64,000 nucleotides of DNA from Tolumonas sp. (GTDB taxonomy: Bacteria > Pseudomonadota > Gammaproteobacteria > Enterobacterales > Aeromonadaceae), in contig JAYSBB010000001.1 of assembly GCA_041915645.1 (NCBI GenBank), positions 16,007 through 80,006 on the forward strand, given 5' to 3'. This document shows positions 1 through 12,735 of this stretch, one piece after another (the stretch's first letter is position 1; every line of letters starts with the position of its first letter). A program made the position numbers and the translations under genes. Below the pieces are notes generated by a model that was given only the letters and a program-made list of their open reading frames with translations, was not told the DNA's origin and did not search any database.

Positions 1-347
1 GGACAAACGATACCCACATAATAAGTTTCTTCGTCGGTTAGCTCTTCCAGCAATACACGTTCTGCACCTTCAACCAGCACTTTGACTGTGCCATCAGGTA
101 ACTTTAGTAATTGCAGAATATTGGCAATAGTACCAACAGGATAGAGATCCGATTTTTCCGGATTATCAGTGGCCGCATCTTTCTGCGCCACTAACAGAAT
201 TCTTTTATCCTGTTCCATTGCCACTTCCAGACAACGGATTGATTTTTCACGGCCGACAAACAACGGGATAACCATGTGGGGATATACCACTACATCCCGG
301 AGCGGCAGAACAGGTAGCACGATACGATCTGAGCGCTGTAAATTCAT
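1..347 (-). CDS. lon: Lon protease (La), N-terminal part; runs off the window start
   Basis: Read manually from ATG at 347: [44 protein letters not shown]..., the canonical Lon N-terminus; follows clpX as in tig-clpP-clpX-lon. Confidence 0.96.
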   Translation of the reverse strand, partial: MNLQRSDRIVLPVLPLRDVVVYPHMVIPLFVGREKSIRCLEVAMEQDKRILLVAQKDAATDNPEKSDLYPVGTIANILQLLKLPDGTVKVLVEGAERVLLEELTDEETYYVGIVC

Positions 348-394
348 AGAATTATTCTCTTGGCTTATGCCTGAAAGCTGAGCATAGGATCAGT

Positions 395-421
395 ATATGG
401 GGCTATTTCACTGTTATTCAA
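395..421 (-). promoter_or_regulatory. sigma32 (heat-shock) promoter of lon
   Basis: Minus strand TTGAA-N14-CCCCATAT matches the RpoH consensus; lon is a known RpoH target. Confidence 0.8.
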
Positions 422-434
422 TCTCATTACCTGC

Positions 435-470
435 AAAAAATGAGAAAGGGGCCAAAGCCCCTTTCTTTTG
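435..470. terminator. Intrinsic terminator after clpX
   Basis: AGAAAGGGGC-CAAA-GCCCCTTTCT hairpin with A/T tracts on both sides. Confidence 0.75.
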
Positions 471-486
471 TTCATTTTTCAACCAA

Positions 487-1767
487 TTACTCAGCTGATG
501 CAGCCTGTTTCTCTGGATTGTCATAGATCAGAATTGGCTGTGTTTCGCCTTTAATGACATGTTCATCGACAACAACCTTGCTGACATGCTCAACAGATGG
601 CAGATCATACATTGTATCCAGCAATACGCCTTCCACAATGGAACGCAAACCACGCGCACCGGTTTTACGCTCCATTGCTTTGCGGGCAATCGCTTTCAGA
701 GCATCTTCACGGAACTCAAGCTCTGCACCTTCCAGTTTGAACAATGCCTGATATTGTTTCGTCAGTGCATTTTTTGGTTCAACCAAGATCTGAATCAGTG
801 CATTTTCATCCAATTCAGTCAGTGTTGCGACAACAGGCAAACGACCAATGAATTCTGGAATCAGACCGTATTTGACCAAATCTTCTGGTTCAACTTTGGC
901 AAATGATTCGCTTAACGTCACTTTTTGATCTTTCGATTTCACTTCTGCATTGAAGCCGATACCAGCCCCTTGAGCAGTACGTTGTTCAACCACTTTATCC
1001 AAACCAGCAAATGCGCCGCCGCAGATAAACAGGATCTTAGAGGTATCAACCTGCAAGAATTCCTGCTGTGGGTGCTTACGACCACCTTGTGGCGGTACTG
1101 CAGCGATAGTTCCTTCGATCAGTTTCAGCAATGCTTGCTGAACACCTTCACCGGATACATCGCGTGTAATAGATGGATTATCGGATTTACGAGAAATTTT
1201 ATCGATTTCGTCGATGTAGACGATACCACGTTGTGCTTTCTCGACATCATAATCACATTTCTGCAGTAACTTCTGGATGATGTTTTCAACGTCTTCACCC
1301 ACATAACCAGCTTCAGTCAGTGTGGTCGCGTCAGCCATGGTAAATGGCACATCCAGCAGGCGAGCTAATGTCTCAGCTAACAGTGTTTTACCGCTACCAG
1401 TAGGACCGATCAGCAGGATATTAGATTTACCCAGTTCAACACCGTCAGAGGTGTTACCACTGCGCAAACGTTTGTAGTGGTTATATACCGCTACTGCCAG
1501 CACTTTTTTGGCCAGATCCTGCCCGATAACATAATCGTCGAGGTGCGCGCGGATTTTGTGCGGCGTTGGTAATTCAGTTGTATGAGGACGTGCACCACTG
1601 ATGTCACGGATCTCTTCACGAATAATATCGTTACACAGATCGACGCACTCATCGCAAATATAAACTGATGGACCAGCAATCAGTTTACGGACCTCATGCT
1701 GGCTTTTGCCGCAAAATGAGCAATACAACAGTTTGCTATGGTCACTGTCTTTGCGTTTATCTGTCAT
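487..1767 (-). CDS. clpX: ATP-dependent Clp protease ATP-binding subunit ClpX
   Basis: CSFCGK...CDEC zinc finger, Walker [26 protein letters not shown] loop. Confidence 0.99.
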   Translation of the reverse strand: MTDKRKDSDHSKLLYCSFCGKSQHEVRKLIAGPSVYICDECVDLCNDIIREEIRDISGARPHTTELPTPHKIRAHLDDYVIGQDLAKKVLAVAVYNHYKRLRSGNTSDGVELGKSNILLIGPTGSGKTLLAETLARLLDVPFTMADATTLTEAGYVGEDVENIIQKLLQKCDYDVEKAQRGIVYIDEIDKISRKSDNPSITRDVSGEGVQQALLKLIEGTIAAVPPQGGRKHPQQEFLQVDTSKILFICGGAFAGLDKVVEQRTAQGAGIGFNAEVKSKDQKVTLSESFAKVEPEDLVKYGLIPEFIGRLPVVATLTELDENALIQILVEPKNALTKQYQALFKLEGAELEFREDALKAIARKAMERKTGARGLRSIVEGVLLDTMYDLPSVEHVSKVVVDEHVIKGETQPILIYDNPEKQAASAE

Positions 1768-1842
1768 TCAAAACCTCTTGTACTTACGATTCCGTGCTCA
1801 TGACTACACATCCTTTGAATGTAGCGCAGAATGACCAATATG

Positions 1843-2466
1843 TCAGGCGCGTTTATTCAGGATGGCATCAACCAAACCATATTCTACGGCTTGATCAGCT
1901 GACATGAAGTTATCACGGTCAGTGTCACGTTCAATTCGCTCCAGTGGCTGGCCGGTATGATCTGACAGCAGCTGGTTCAATCGTTCTTTAATCTTCAAAA
2001 TTTCCATCGCGTGGATCTGAATATCAGATGCTTGCCCTTGGAAACCGCCTAACGGCTGATGGATCATCACGCGAGCGCTTGGCAGGCAGAAACGTTTGCC
2101 TTTTGTTCCTGCCGACAGCAGGAATGCGCCCATGGAACATGCTTGCCCCATACACACGGTACTTACATCTGGTTTGATGAATTTCAGCGTATCATAAATC
2201 GCCATGCCTGCAGTCACCGAACCGCCCGGAGAATTGATGTAAATATAGATATCTTTGTCCGGACTTTCTGATTCCAGAAACAACAACTGCGCCACAATCA
2301 GGTTAGCCATCTGGTCTTCAACCTGACCAGTCAAAAAGATCACTCGTTCTTTTAACAGGCGAGAATAGATATCGTAAGAACGCTCGCCCCGTGCTGTTTG
2401 TTCTACAACAATCGGCACCAGAGAATTCAACGGAGATGAAGTTTGATCATTGAACAAATTGGTCAT
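1843..2466 (-). CDS. clpP: Clp protease proteolytic subunit ClpP
   Basis: [38 protein letters not shown] motifs. Confidence 0.99.
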   Translation of the reverse strand: MTNLFNDQTSSPLNSLVPIVVEQTARGERSYDIYSRLLKERVIFLTGQVEDQMANLIVAQLLFLESESPDKDIYIYINSPGGSVTAGMAIYDTLKFIKPDVSTVCMGQACSMGAFLLSAGTKGKRFCLPSARVMIHQPLGGFQGQASDIQIHAMEILKIKERLNQLLSDHTGQPLERIERDTDRDNFMSADQAVEYGLVDAILNKRA

Positions 2467-2479
2467 AGTCAGAATACCT

Positions 2480-2517
2480 AAAAAAAATGGCCCGAATTCT
2501 TTCGCTTTCGGGCCATT
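2480..2517 (-). terminator. Terminator-like hairpin between tig and clpP
   Basis: AATGGCCCGAA...TTCGGGCCATT stem followed by a T-run on the minus strand. Confidence 0.6.
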
Positions 2518-2552
2518 ATACGCATTAGATTGTGTGTTCAGTCAATTTCTGA

Positions 2553-3863
2553 TTACGCGGCAGCGCCAGGTTTGTTGATCACTTCATCAAATGAGGTCGC
2601 TTTTTCAGTTACCTGTGCTTTGCTCAGCAGGAACTCGATAGCTTGATCTTCGACAGCCAGATCACGCATGTTGTTCAGCAGACGTTCATTTTGGAAGTAG
2701 TAATCAACAACTTCTGATGGGTCTTCGTAAGCAGTAGCCAGTGATTCGATCAGTGTTTTAACACGCGCGTCATCAGCTTTGATGTCTTGTTCACGGATCA
2801 CTTCACCTAACAGCAGACCTACACGAACACGGCGTTCAGCTTGTTCCTGGAACAATTCATCTGGCAGCTGTGGTACGTTTTTACTGTTTGCCGCGCCGAA
2901 ACGTTGCATAGCTTGTTGACGCAGAGCTTCGATTTCGCGAGTTACGGCAGCTTTTGGTACGTCGATTTGGTTCTGTTCCAGCAGACCATACAGGATCTGT
3001 TCTTTAACCTGGTTTTTCAGCGCCTGATTCAGTTCGCGTTCCATGTTTTTACGGATTTCAGCTTTCAGGCTGTCAATAGAACCATCTTCAACGCCGAAAC
3101 GTTTGATGAATTCAGCATCCAGCTCTGGCAGTTCTTGCTTCTCAACTTTGTTCAGTTTGATAGCAAATTTAGCTGCTTTACCTTTCAGGTGTTCAGCTTG
3201 GTAATCTTCTGGGAAAGTCACGTCGATATCGAAAGACTCACCCGCTTTTTTACCAATGATACCGTCTTCAAAGCCAGGGATCATACGGCCGGCACCCAGT
3301 ACCAGTGCGAAACCTTCAGCTTTACCGCCGTCGAATTCTTCACCATCAACTGAACCCACGAAATCCATGTTCACGCGCAGTTCATTGGCAGCCGCTTCAT
3401 CAGCGTCAACCCATGCTGCGTGCTGCTTACGCAGAGTGGTCAGCATTTTGTCCAGATCAGCATCGCTAACAGTAGCAACTTGTTTTTCTACTTTAACCGC
3501 GTCCAGATTTTGTACTTTGAATTCTGGGTAGACTTCAAAAGAAACAGTGAAAGTGAAATCAGAACCTGGAGTCAGTTGGTTTGGCTCCAGAGTTGGTGCG
3601 CCAACTGGATTCAGTTTTTCAGCCACCAGTGCTTCAACAAAGTGACGTTGCATAACTGCATCAGCCACATCAGCAACAATCGCTTCACCGTACATTTTCT
3701 GGATCAGTGCTTTTGGCGCTTTACCAGGACGGAAACCATCAATACGACGGGTTTTAGCAACCTGATTCAGACGGCTGTTATATTCTTTTTCGATTTTATC
3801 AGCTGGTACGGTGATGGTAAGACGGCGTTCCAGACCTTGGGTCGTCTCTACAGAAACTTGCAT
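2553..3863 (-). CDS. tig: Trigger factor
   Basis: [14 protein letters not shown] start, GFRPGK ribosome-binding motif, FKBP domain (MIPGFEDG). Confidence 0.99.
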   Translation of the reverse strand: MQVSVETTQGLERRLTITVPADKIEKEYNSRLNQVAKTRRIDGFRPGKAPKALIQKMYGEAIVADVADAVMQRHFVEALVAEKLNPVGAPTLEPNQLTPGSDFTFTVSFEVYPEFKVQNLDAVKVEKQVATVSDADLDKMLTTLRKQHAAWVDADEAAANELRVNMDFVGSVDGEEFDGGKAEGFALVLGAGRMIPGFEDGIIGKKAGESFDIDVTFPEDYQAEHLKGKAAKFAIKLNKVEKQELPELDAEFIKRFGVEDGSIDSLKAEIRKNMERELNQALKNQVKEQILYGLLEQNQIDVPKAAVTREIEALRQQAMQRFGAANSKNVPQLPDELFQEQAERRVRVGLLLGEVIREQDIKADDARVKTLIESLATAYEDPSEVVDYYFQNERLLNNMRDLAVEDQAIEFLLSKAQVTEKATSFDEVINKPGAAA

Positions 3864-3971
3864 TGCATTACCTCGTAAAACTCAGCACCTAGTGCTGTTG
3901 CTATTGTTGGTGGTCGGTTGACCGCCACTAAAAATGATACGCAAATTGCGACGGTTACAAAATGACGCGCC

Positions 3972-4000
3972 ATTATAGCGGTGGAGATTCAGCGAGTCGA
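3972..4000 (-). promoter_or_regulatory. sigma70 promoter of tig with GC-rich discriminator
   Basis: Minus strand TCGACT-N17-TATAAT followed by GGCGCG. Confidence 0.6.
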
Positions 4001-4047
4001 GGGAGGTGTGTGCTAGCTGACGTTTTTTCTGACCAAGGCCAAATTAA

Positions 4048-4743
4048 TCAATCAGGAATGTCAGATTGACTCATTCTTCGGAGAATAACTGCTGATTTAT
4101 GCAGCAAATGTGCTGATCGTCTGTGTGTTTGGTAATAACGCGGGTTGGTCACCATCGCAGCTAAATAAGCGGATTGCGACGGACTAAGCTGTTTTGCGGA
4201 GATCCCATAATAATTGCGGGCAGCTGCTTCAGCGCCATAAATCCCCTCACCCCATTCGATCACATTCAGATAAATCTCATAGATCCGCTGTTTATCCAGA
4301 ATAGATTCCAACATGACAGTAATAAGGGCTTCATCCAGCTTACGCCATGGCGTTTTATTCGCGCTGAGGAACAGATTTTTGGCCAATTGCTGACTAATTG
4401 TGGAGCCACCTGCAACAATTTTTCCTTTTGCCAGGTTTTTTTCCCACGCATTTTCAATGCCGTCCCAATCAAAACCGTCATGATCGAGAAACTTGGCATC
4501 TTCTGCCGCGATTAAGGCACGTTTTAATGATTTAGATACGGAGGTATAGGGTATCCACGTCTGCTGTTTTTTTATGGCTGAATTTTCCAACTGCAACATG
4601 GCTAATTGTTCATCCATAAATGAAGTGGATGATGGGTCATACCAGATATAACTGACAATACGTAAGAATATAGAGAGATGCCAAACGCAAAACCAGAGCA
4701 GCCATAGGATCAGTAACTTTTTCAGCCACATAGTCCAGGACAT
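4048..4743 (-). CDS. mtgA: Monofunctional peptidoglycan transglycosylase (start uncertain: 4782/4743/4731)
   Basis: N-terminal TM helix; GT51 motifs AEDAKFLDHDGFD, GGSTISQQLAKNL, RKLDE, EIYLN. Confidence 0.92.
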   Translation of the reverse strand: MSWTMWLKKLLILWLLWFCVWHLSIFLRIVSYIWYDPSSTSFMDEQLAMLQLENSAIKKQQTWIPYTSVSKSLKRALIAAEDAKFLDHDGFDWDGIENAWEKNLAKGKIVAGGSTISQQLAKNLFLSANKTPWRKLDEALITVMLESILDKQRIYEIYLNVIEWGEGIYGAEAAARNYYGISAKQLSPSQSAYLAAMVTNPRYYQTHRRSAHLLHKSAVILRRMSQSDIPD

Positions 4744-4853
4744 ATTATTAAAACTCAGGAAATTACGACAGACAGCCAGCATAAACGGAATTCAGATGAT
4801 CCTAAAACACACAGTTTAACCAAATCGGAAAAGCCTGACGAGTCTGTAGTGCA

Positions 4854-5234
4854 CTAGATAGCCAATGAAACGTGCGAACGCAGTTCAGATACTGATTTTT
4901 CTGCCGAGAGATCGGCTAAAAAATCGCGAATGCTGGAATAACAAGTGATGGTTCGATCAATATGCAAAATAGAAAGCAAATCGCGTGGTTGACCTTGTTT
5001 ACAGATCAAACGCATCCGTCGGCCATTATTTTGCAGTTGTTTGTAGAGGTAGATCAAAGAGCCAATGCCAGCAGCATCAATAAAACCAACCGCACTGATA
5101 TCAACTAATACATCGGTGTGTTTTTGAATTAATGCATCAATGATCGGCCGGATTTCTTCAACCATATCATTATTGAGTTCGCCATCAACTGTCAGCACGA
5201 GTGTGTGATTCATTGTGTAAGTAATGACTGGCAT
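4854..5234 (-). CDS. STAS-domain protein (anti-sigma factor antagonist family, SypA-like)
   Basis: LVLTVDGEL...VDISAVGFIDAAGIGSLIYLYKQL...GQPRDLL STAS pattern; GGAG SD upstream. Confidence 0.88.
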   Translation of the reverse strand: MPVITYTMNHTLVLTVDGELNNDMVEEIRPIIDALIQKHTDVLVDISAVGFIDAAGIGSLIYLYKQLQNNGRRMRLICKQGQPRDLLSILHIDRTITCYSSIRDFLADLSAEKSVSELRSHVSLAI

Positions 5235-5468
5235 ATTTGCTCCGAAATAGTTTCAGCCGATCACATCTGGCGAAGTTGGTCTTAGCTGCAATAACTAATT
5301 CACATTTGATGCCAATTTTTCACAAACAAATAAAACAACCCAAACTCATGATATTAAAGGAGTTTATTTATTGCATACGGATGTTTTGCACTGACTAGAC
5401 GCATATGACTGCAAAATGCAAAATACTTTTCCTTTTTTTTCGCATTTTGCAGTCTCTGCTTAATGATT

Positions 5469-6611
5469 TTACTGAGAAATCGGCGTGTTATGCCAATGTT
5501 GTGGACTGGACTCTTGCCAGATCACTTCCATACCTTGCTTTTGAATCACAGACGCTACTTGGACTGGGCTACGTTCATCGCTGACTGCAAATTGTTCCAG
5601 TTCAGGGTGATCTTCGGCATAGCCGCCCGGCTGAGTTTTCGAACCTGCGCTCATGGTGGTGATGCCGACTTGCATCAGGAAATCACGGAATTCCGGACCT
5701 TCGCGGGTGGAAAGCGATAATTCCACTTCCGGATCGAATAAGCGGTAAGCGCAGATCAGTTGTAATAACTGACGATCACTCATCGGATTTTCCGGTTGGA
5801 AACCGCCGGTGCAGGGGCGCAACCGCGGAAATGAGATCGAATAACGGCTCTGCCAATGGGTTTTACGCAGGTATTGCAGATGACGCGCAACCATCAGGCT
5901 GTCGGTTCGCCAATCACCCAAGCCGAGCAATGCTCCCAGCCCGATTTTATCCACACCTGCTTCGCCAAGGCGATCAGGGGTTTCCAGACGCCAGCGGAAA
6001 TCTTTCTTCTTACCGCGCAGATGATGCTCGTCATAGGTCGGTTCATGATAGGTTTCCTGATAGACCATCACGCCATCAAGCCCCATACTGACCAGTTCTC
6101 GGTAATCATCGGTCGAAAGTGGTTGTACTTCCATCATCAGATAAGAGACATACGGTTTAATGACCGGGAAAACCTGACGGAAATAGTCCATGCCCGATTT
6201 TCGTTCGTGTTCACCGGTCACCAGCAACAGCGATTTGAACCCCATCTGGCGAATGACCTGACACTCACGATCAATCTCTTCCAACGACAGCACTTTGCGT
6301 TTGATCTTGTTGCTCATCGAAAAACCGCAATAGGTGCAGTCATTAGCACAGAGATTTGCCAGATAAAGCGGCAGATACATATTGATGGTGTTACCAAAAC
6401 GCTGGCGGGTCAGTTTTTGCGACAATTCGGTCATGGGAAGGAGATATTTCTCCGCCGCAGGAGATATCAACGCGGCAAAATCGGCAAGTTCTCGTTTGCC
6501 TGTGCGCGCTAATCGGGCCAGTGCACGCTCCACATCGGAGTCAGTTTGCGCGAGCACCCACGCTTGCTGCTCGCCCCAATCGAGCTTGGCCCATTCATCG
6601 TAGAAGCTCAT
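5469..6611 (-). CDS. thiH: 2-iminoacetate synthase ThiH (radical SAM)
   Basis: CANDCTYC motif, [16 protein letters not shown]; last gene of the thi operon. Confidence 0.97.
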   Translation of the reverse strand: MSFYDEWAKLDWGEQQAWVLAQTDSDVERALARLARTGKRELADFAALISPAAEKYLLPMTELSQKLTRQRFGNTINMYLPLYLANLCANDCTYCGFSMSNKIKRKVLSLEEIDRECQVIRQMGFKSLLLVTGEHERKSGMDYFRQVFPVIKPYVSYLMMEVQPLSTDDYRELVSMGLDGVMVYQETYHEPTYDEHHLRGKKKDFRWRLETPDRLGEAGVDKIGLGALLGLGDWRTDSLMVARHLQYLRKTHWQSRYSISFPRLRPCTGGFQPENPMSDRQLLQLICAYRLFDPEVELSLSTREGPEFRDFLMQVGITTMSAGSKTQPGGYAEDHPELEQFAVSDERSPVQVASVIQKQGMEVIWQESSPQHWHNTPISQ

Positions 6612-7387
6612 GCCAGTGTCTCCAAAAATGCCGCTAACGGGCTGGAGGCAATCGCTTGCTGATTTACCGCGCCGAGACCACTTTCGTAAGCGATACGGCC
6701 GGCTTCCACTGCCATTTTGAACGCACGCGCCATGGCAATCGGATCACCCGCCACCGCAATCGCCGTATTTACCAACACCGCATCAGCACCCATTTCCAAC
6801 GCTGCTGCTGCATGCGATGGCGCACCGATGCCGGCATCCACAATCACCGGTACGTTGGCTTGTTCGATGATAATTTCCAGCATCGCTTTGGTGGAAAGCC
6901 CTTGATTCGAACCAATCGCCGCACCGAGTGGCATAACAGCCGCACAGCCGACCTCTTCCAAGCGTTTACACAGCAGTGGATCAGCGCCGCAGTATGGCAG
7001 CACGACAAACCCCTGCTTGCAAAGCTCTTCTGCTGCTTTGAAGGTTTCTATCGGATCAGGCATCAGATAACGCGGATCAGGATGGATTTCTAGCTTCAGC
7101 CAGTTCGTACCGAGCGCTTCGCGCGCCAGTTGTGCGGCGAAAATCGCTTCTTTGGCATTGCGGGCACCGGATGTGTTCGGTAGCAATTGCACGCCCATCG
7201 CACGCAACGGTGCCAGAATTTGCAGGTCGGGCTCATCCAAGCGCACACGTTTCAGTGCCAGCGTAACAATTTGCGTCGCACTGGCCGTTAATGCCTGTTG
7301 CATCACCTGAGCAGAAGCAAATTTGCCGGTACCGGTGAGTAAACGAGAGCTAAATGTTTTATCGGCGATCTGTAATGGTAACGTCAT
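6608..7387 (-). CDS. thiG: Thiazole synthase ThiG
   Basis: [39 protein letters not shown]. Confidence 0.98.
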   Translation of the reverse strand: MTLPLQIADKTFSSRLLTGTGKFASAQVMQQALTASATQIVTLALKRVRLDEPDLQILAPLRAMGVQLLPNTSGARNAKEAIFAAQLAREALGTNWLKLEIHPDPRYLMPDPIETFKAAEELCKQGFVVLPYCGADPLLCKRLEEVGCAAVMPLGAAIGSNQGLSTKAMLEIIIEQANVPVIVDAGIGAPSHAAAALEMGADAVLVNTAIAVAGDPIAMARAFKMAVEAGRIAYESGLGAVNQQAIASSPLAAFLETLA

Positions 7388-7389
7388 GG

Positions 7390-7590
7390 TTAACCTCCAG
7401 CGATGGCGCGAAACAGATCCACGTCGTCGTGTTCAGAAAGAAAGGTATGGCTCCACTGGCTGCGTGGGATGACCTGTTGGTTTATCGCCACCGCCACACC
7501 GGCTTTAAGCTGATTTTGCGCGGATAACAGCGATTCAAGGCTGCAAGATGATTCGAGTTGCAGCGACTCGCCGTTTAAGCGGATTTGCAT
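7390..7590 (-). CDS. thiS: Sulfur carrier protein ThiS (66 aa)
   Basis: MQIRLNGE start at 7590, C-terminal AIAGG diglycine. Confidence 0.95.
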   Translation of the reverse strand: MQIRLNGESLQLESSCSLESLLSAQNQLKAGVAVAINQQVIPRSQWSHTFLSEHDDVDLFRAIAGG

Positions 7591-8369
7591 GTCGGAAACT
7601 CCAGCGAAAAAGAAGATGAAGCAGAGGAATGACAAACCGGGCAAGTCGGATCAGTCTGCGTTTTCAGGCGCTGCCATTGCAGTGTTCTGCCATCAAAACG
7701 CTGCAAAATGCCGGTTGGTCGCGGCAAATCACACAGCAATAGCATCGCCAATAGCGCTTGCGCCGTACCCAACATCCCGACCACCGGGCCAACAATGCCA
7801 GCCTCGCGACAGCTCAATCCAGTCTCCTCATTGAATGGAAACAGACAGTGATAACAGGCGGTTTGTTGTGCCGGTTCAATCAATAACAGCTGCCCTTCCC
7901 AACCCGTAGCCGCAGCAGTAATCAGCGGTTTTTGCGCACGAATACAGGCCGCATTCACTCGCTGACGGGTGAGCATATTGTCTGAACAATCGAGCACTAC
8001 ATCCACTTGCGGCACGATTTCCGCCAATAAAGTTTCGTCTACTGCGGGTAAACTTTGGTATTTAACGGCGGGATTCAACGCGATTAGATGGGCACAAGCC
8101 GCTTTGGTTTTTGGTTGATGACGATCGGAGGTACGGTACAGAACCTGCCGCTGCAAATTACTGCTATCAACCTTGTCACCATCCGAAAGCCATAATTCAC
8201 CGACACCAGCCGCCGCCAGATAAAGTGAAGCCGGAGAGCCCAGCCCACCTAAACCGACAATCAGCACTTTGCTTTGTTTCAGTTTAAGCTGACCTGCTTC
8301 GCCGATTTCTGGCAGTAATATCTGCCGCCCGTAACGCAGAAATTCATCATCAGAGAGCATGTCAGTCAT
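7575..8369 (-). CDS. thiF: ThiS adenylyltransferase ThiF
   Basis: RYGRQI, GLGGLG, SNLQRQ, CYHC and CPVC zinc motifs; start MTDML overlaps the thiDE stop. Confidence 0.93.
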   Translation of the reverse strand: MTDMLSDDEFLRYGRQILLPEIGEAGQLKLKQSKVLIVGLGGLGSPASLYLAAAGVGELWLSDGDKVDSSNLQRQVLYRTSDRHQPKTKAACAHLIALNPAVKYQSLPAVDETLLAEIVPQVDVVLDCSDNMLTRQRVNAACIRAQKPLITAAATGWEGQLLLIEPAQQTACYHCLFPFNEETGLSCREAGIVGPVVGMLGTAQALLAMLLLCDLPRPTGILQRFDGRTLQWQRLKTQTDPTCPVCHSSASSSFSLEFPTCKSA

Positions 8370-9930
8370 ACGCAACCGCCTCTCGTATATTCCCTTCCAC
8401 CAGTCGTAACAGACGCTCAGTCGCCACTTGTGGATCAGCAGCTTTAGTAATGGCACTCACCAGTGCAATACTACCGACACCGGAAACTTGCACTTCTGAA
8501 ACACGAGCCTCAGAAATACCACCGATAGCAACGGTTGGAAAATTACTGGCAAGCGCCACATAACGATCTAACCGTTGTAAGCCTTGCGGTTGTGATGGCA
8601 TCTCTTTGGTTTGCGTCGGGAAGATATGGCCTAACGCAATATAGGAAGGTTGTAAGGCAAACGCGCGCGCTAATTCAAAAAAGCCATGCGTAGAAATACC
8701 CAGTCGTATTCCTGCATCACGGATCGCATTCAGATCGGCAATTTGCAGATCCTCCTGCCCAAGATGCACGCCGTAGGCACCATGCTTGACCGCCAATTGC
8801 CAGTAATCGTTGATAAACAATCGCGCCTGATATTGTTGGCCAAGTTTTATAGCTTGCTGTATCTGCTGTTCCAGATCGGGAGCATCAGGATCTTTCACCC
8901 GCAATTGCAGAGTTCTGACACCCCATTGCAGTAATTTTTCAATCCACTGCACCGAATCCACAACCGGATATAACCCTAATTGATGATCGGTCGCAGGAAA
9001 AGCAGCGACTGCCAGTGACGTTTCTAACTGCCAAACGCCGTTGTTCTGAATGACCCAGCGTGGTTGCGGGAAATCAATTGCCAGCTCTGGCCAGCCCACA
9101 TGCGCGACCGGCCCCGGACCTTGCCCAAGCGCCTGCGCTTGTCGTAACCCTTGCTGCACATAGGCTTTCGCCACGGCTAACGCATCGGTGATGTCATAAC
9201 CTTGTGCCACCAACGCGGCGACTGCCGATGCCAATGTGCAACCCGTGCCGTGCCCATGACGAGTGAAAACACGTTCTGATTCCAGTACAAAGCGCTGGGT
9301 GCCGTCAGAAAAATAATCGCGGGTAAGTGCATCGTTGAAATGGCCGCCTTTACAAAGCACAGCGTTGACGCCAAATTTGCGTAGTTGCGTACTGGCCGCT
9401 TCAAGCAATAACAACGGATAATCAGCCGCGGAAAAATGATCAGTTGGCAGTTTTAGCAGCCACACCAATTCATTCAAATTCGGTGTGATCAGATCCAGCT
9501 GCGGTAACAATTTCGTCAGCAGAACATCGCGAATGTCCTGCTCAGCCATGTTGCCGCCCTGACTGGTGATCACAACCGGATCGAGCACCACAAAACAGGT
9601 CTGTTTGGCTTTAAAATCCGCCAGCCAATCGGCCAGTAACGTGACATGTTCAATTGTTGGCAGCAAACCAATTTTGATAGCCACTGGCGGCAAATCAGCC
9701 GCCAAAACCTCTAACTGATCTCGCAACATTTTGGCAGACACTGCGTCAGCGCTGCGCAACGTGAGCGAGTTTTGCGCTGTCACTGAACTCACCACCGGGC
9801 AAGCATGACCACCCAAATCGTGGATGGTCAGCAGATCTGCGGCGAGCCCTGCTCCGCCGCCACAGTCATTGCCAGCGATGCTCCAGACAATCGGGCGAGA
9901 TGCCTGAGTGCGTAAGGAATCGCAATTCAT
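8362..9930 (-). CDS. thiDE: Fused HMP/HMP-P kinase (ThiD) and thiamine-phosphate synthase (ThiE)
   Basis: N-half IAG.D.GGGAG, ITPN..E, HGTGCT; C-half [24 protein letters not shown]. Confidence 0.92.
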   Translation of the reverse strand: MNCDSLRTQASRPIVWSIAGNDCGGGAGLAADLLTIHDLGGHACPVVSSVTAQNSLTLRSADAVSAKMLRDQLEVLAADLPPVAIKIGLLPTIEHVTLLADWLADFKAKQTCFVVLDPVVITSQGGNMAEQDIRDVLLTKLLPQLDLITPNLNELVWLLKLPTDHFSAADYPLLLLEAASTQLRKFGVNAVLCKGGHFNDALTRDYFSDGTQRFVLESERVFTRHGHGTGCTLASAVAALVAQGYDITDALAVAKAYVQQGLRQAQALGQGPGPVAHVGWPELAIDFPQPRWVIQNNGVWQLETSLAVAAFPATDHQLGLYPVVDSVQWIEKLLQWGVRTLQLRVKDPDAPDLEQQIQQAIKLGQQYQARLFINDYWQLAVKHGAYGVHLGQEDLQIADLNAIRDAGIRLGISTHGFFELARAFALQPSYIALGHIFPTQTKEMPSQPQGLQRLDRYVALASNFPTVAIGGISEARVSEVQVSGVGSIALVSAITKAADPQVATERLLRLVEGNIREAVAYD

Positions 9931-9932
9931 TA

Positions 9933-11798
<1,866 letters not shown>

Positions 11799-11913
11799 TT
11801 AAATAGAATTCGGATGGCTTGCCGGAAGTGGCGTTGAGAGGAGTTTTGCAGCAAAAGATCTTAAGAGATCTGGCGAGGAAACACTCTAATGAAGAACGAT
11901 TCCTGAGCGCAAC

Positions 11914-12000
11914 TCTTGTTTCCCTTCGCAGGTTCTAGCCTGATCAGGTTCAACGGATCCCGAATTAACGGTCTCAGCCCAAAGGGCACTCCGACAAGTA
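11914..12000 (-). ncRNA. TPP riboswitch upstream of thiC
   Basis: Minus strand CTTGTCGGAGTGCC...GGCTGAGA...GATCCGTTGAACCTGATCAGGCTAGAACCTGCGAAGGGAAACAAG carries the THI-box core; a GCAAGC/GCTTGC stem can sequester the thiC start region. Confidence 0.96.
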
Positions 12001-12075
12001 GCGGTTAGTATGAAACGATGGAGCAAGAATGGCAACAATCAGATAACAATTACTAATTATTGCCAAAAAGAGATT

Positions 12076-12202
12076 TATACCCAAAGTAATTGGCGTTGCA
12101 GCAAGGCGACAAGCAAGCAAATCCCATGAGCATAGAGATACTATGTGATTGGGGTGAGTGAACGCCGTCAACGACGCTGCAACTTCAAGTACGAAGGGTA
12201 TA
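12076..12202. repeat. ERIC/IRU miniature inverted-repeat element (127 bp)
   Basis: TATACCC...GGGTATA termini, GTTGCAG/CTGCAAC arms, core GCAAATCCCATGAGCATAG..CTATGTGATTGGGGTGAG resembling the ERIC consensus. Confidence 0.9.
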
Positions 12203-12712
12203 TTAGCGTGGAACGATCACGCGATGATGATAGTAAAATCCGTCATCAAATAGCGGGCGTTCGTAACGAACTTCGACTTCTTTCACGATCGGCCAGAGCT
12301 TGTGCTCTGTCGCGTTCATGACCGCAAAACGATATGGCATCTCACCAATTTTGCCTTCGCGAGATGGCGCTGTTGCACCAGAAACGGTAATGCTACGCCC
12401 TTTGGCATACAGCACCGGATCAAGCAACTGCGGGAAGACCGCAATAAAGCGACCTGGTGATTGTTCTGATTGTTGCGGTGTACCATTATAGCTTAGCGGT
12501 AAATAAACTACTTCTACTTCTGTACCGGTGGCCAGATTACGGGTTTGCGCAATCACCCCACTCCATTTCACCAACCAACCTTGCGGATTATTGGGCTGCG
12601 CCATTTGGGAGAATTGCTGGCGGATCAATACAGAGTCATCGGCATAATAGCCAGTGTTGTTATTGGCACAAGCAGTGACAAACAAGAGGAAAAACAGCGA
12701 GATCCACTTCAT
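12203..12712 (-). CDS. Slp-family outer membrane lipoprotein (YeaY-like)
   Basis: Lipobox VTAC; WSGVI, GRFIA, LDPVLYAKGRSITVSG, GKIGEMPY; synteny with tsaB. Confidence 0.9.
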   Translation of the reverse strand: MKWISLFFLLFVTACANNNTGYYADDSVLIRQQFSQMAQPNNPQGWLVKWSGVIAQTRNLATGTEVEVVYLPLSYNGTPQQSEQSPGRFIAVFPQLLDPVLYAKGRSITVSGATAPSREGKIGEMPYRFAVMNATEHKLWPIVKEVEVRYERPLFDDGFYYHHRVIVPR

Positions 12713-12735
12713 TTTGTTGTTCTCAGAAAGGAGTT

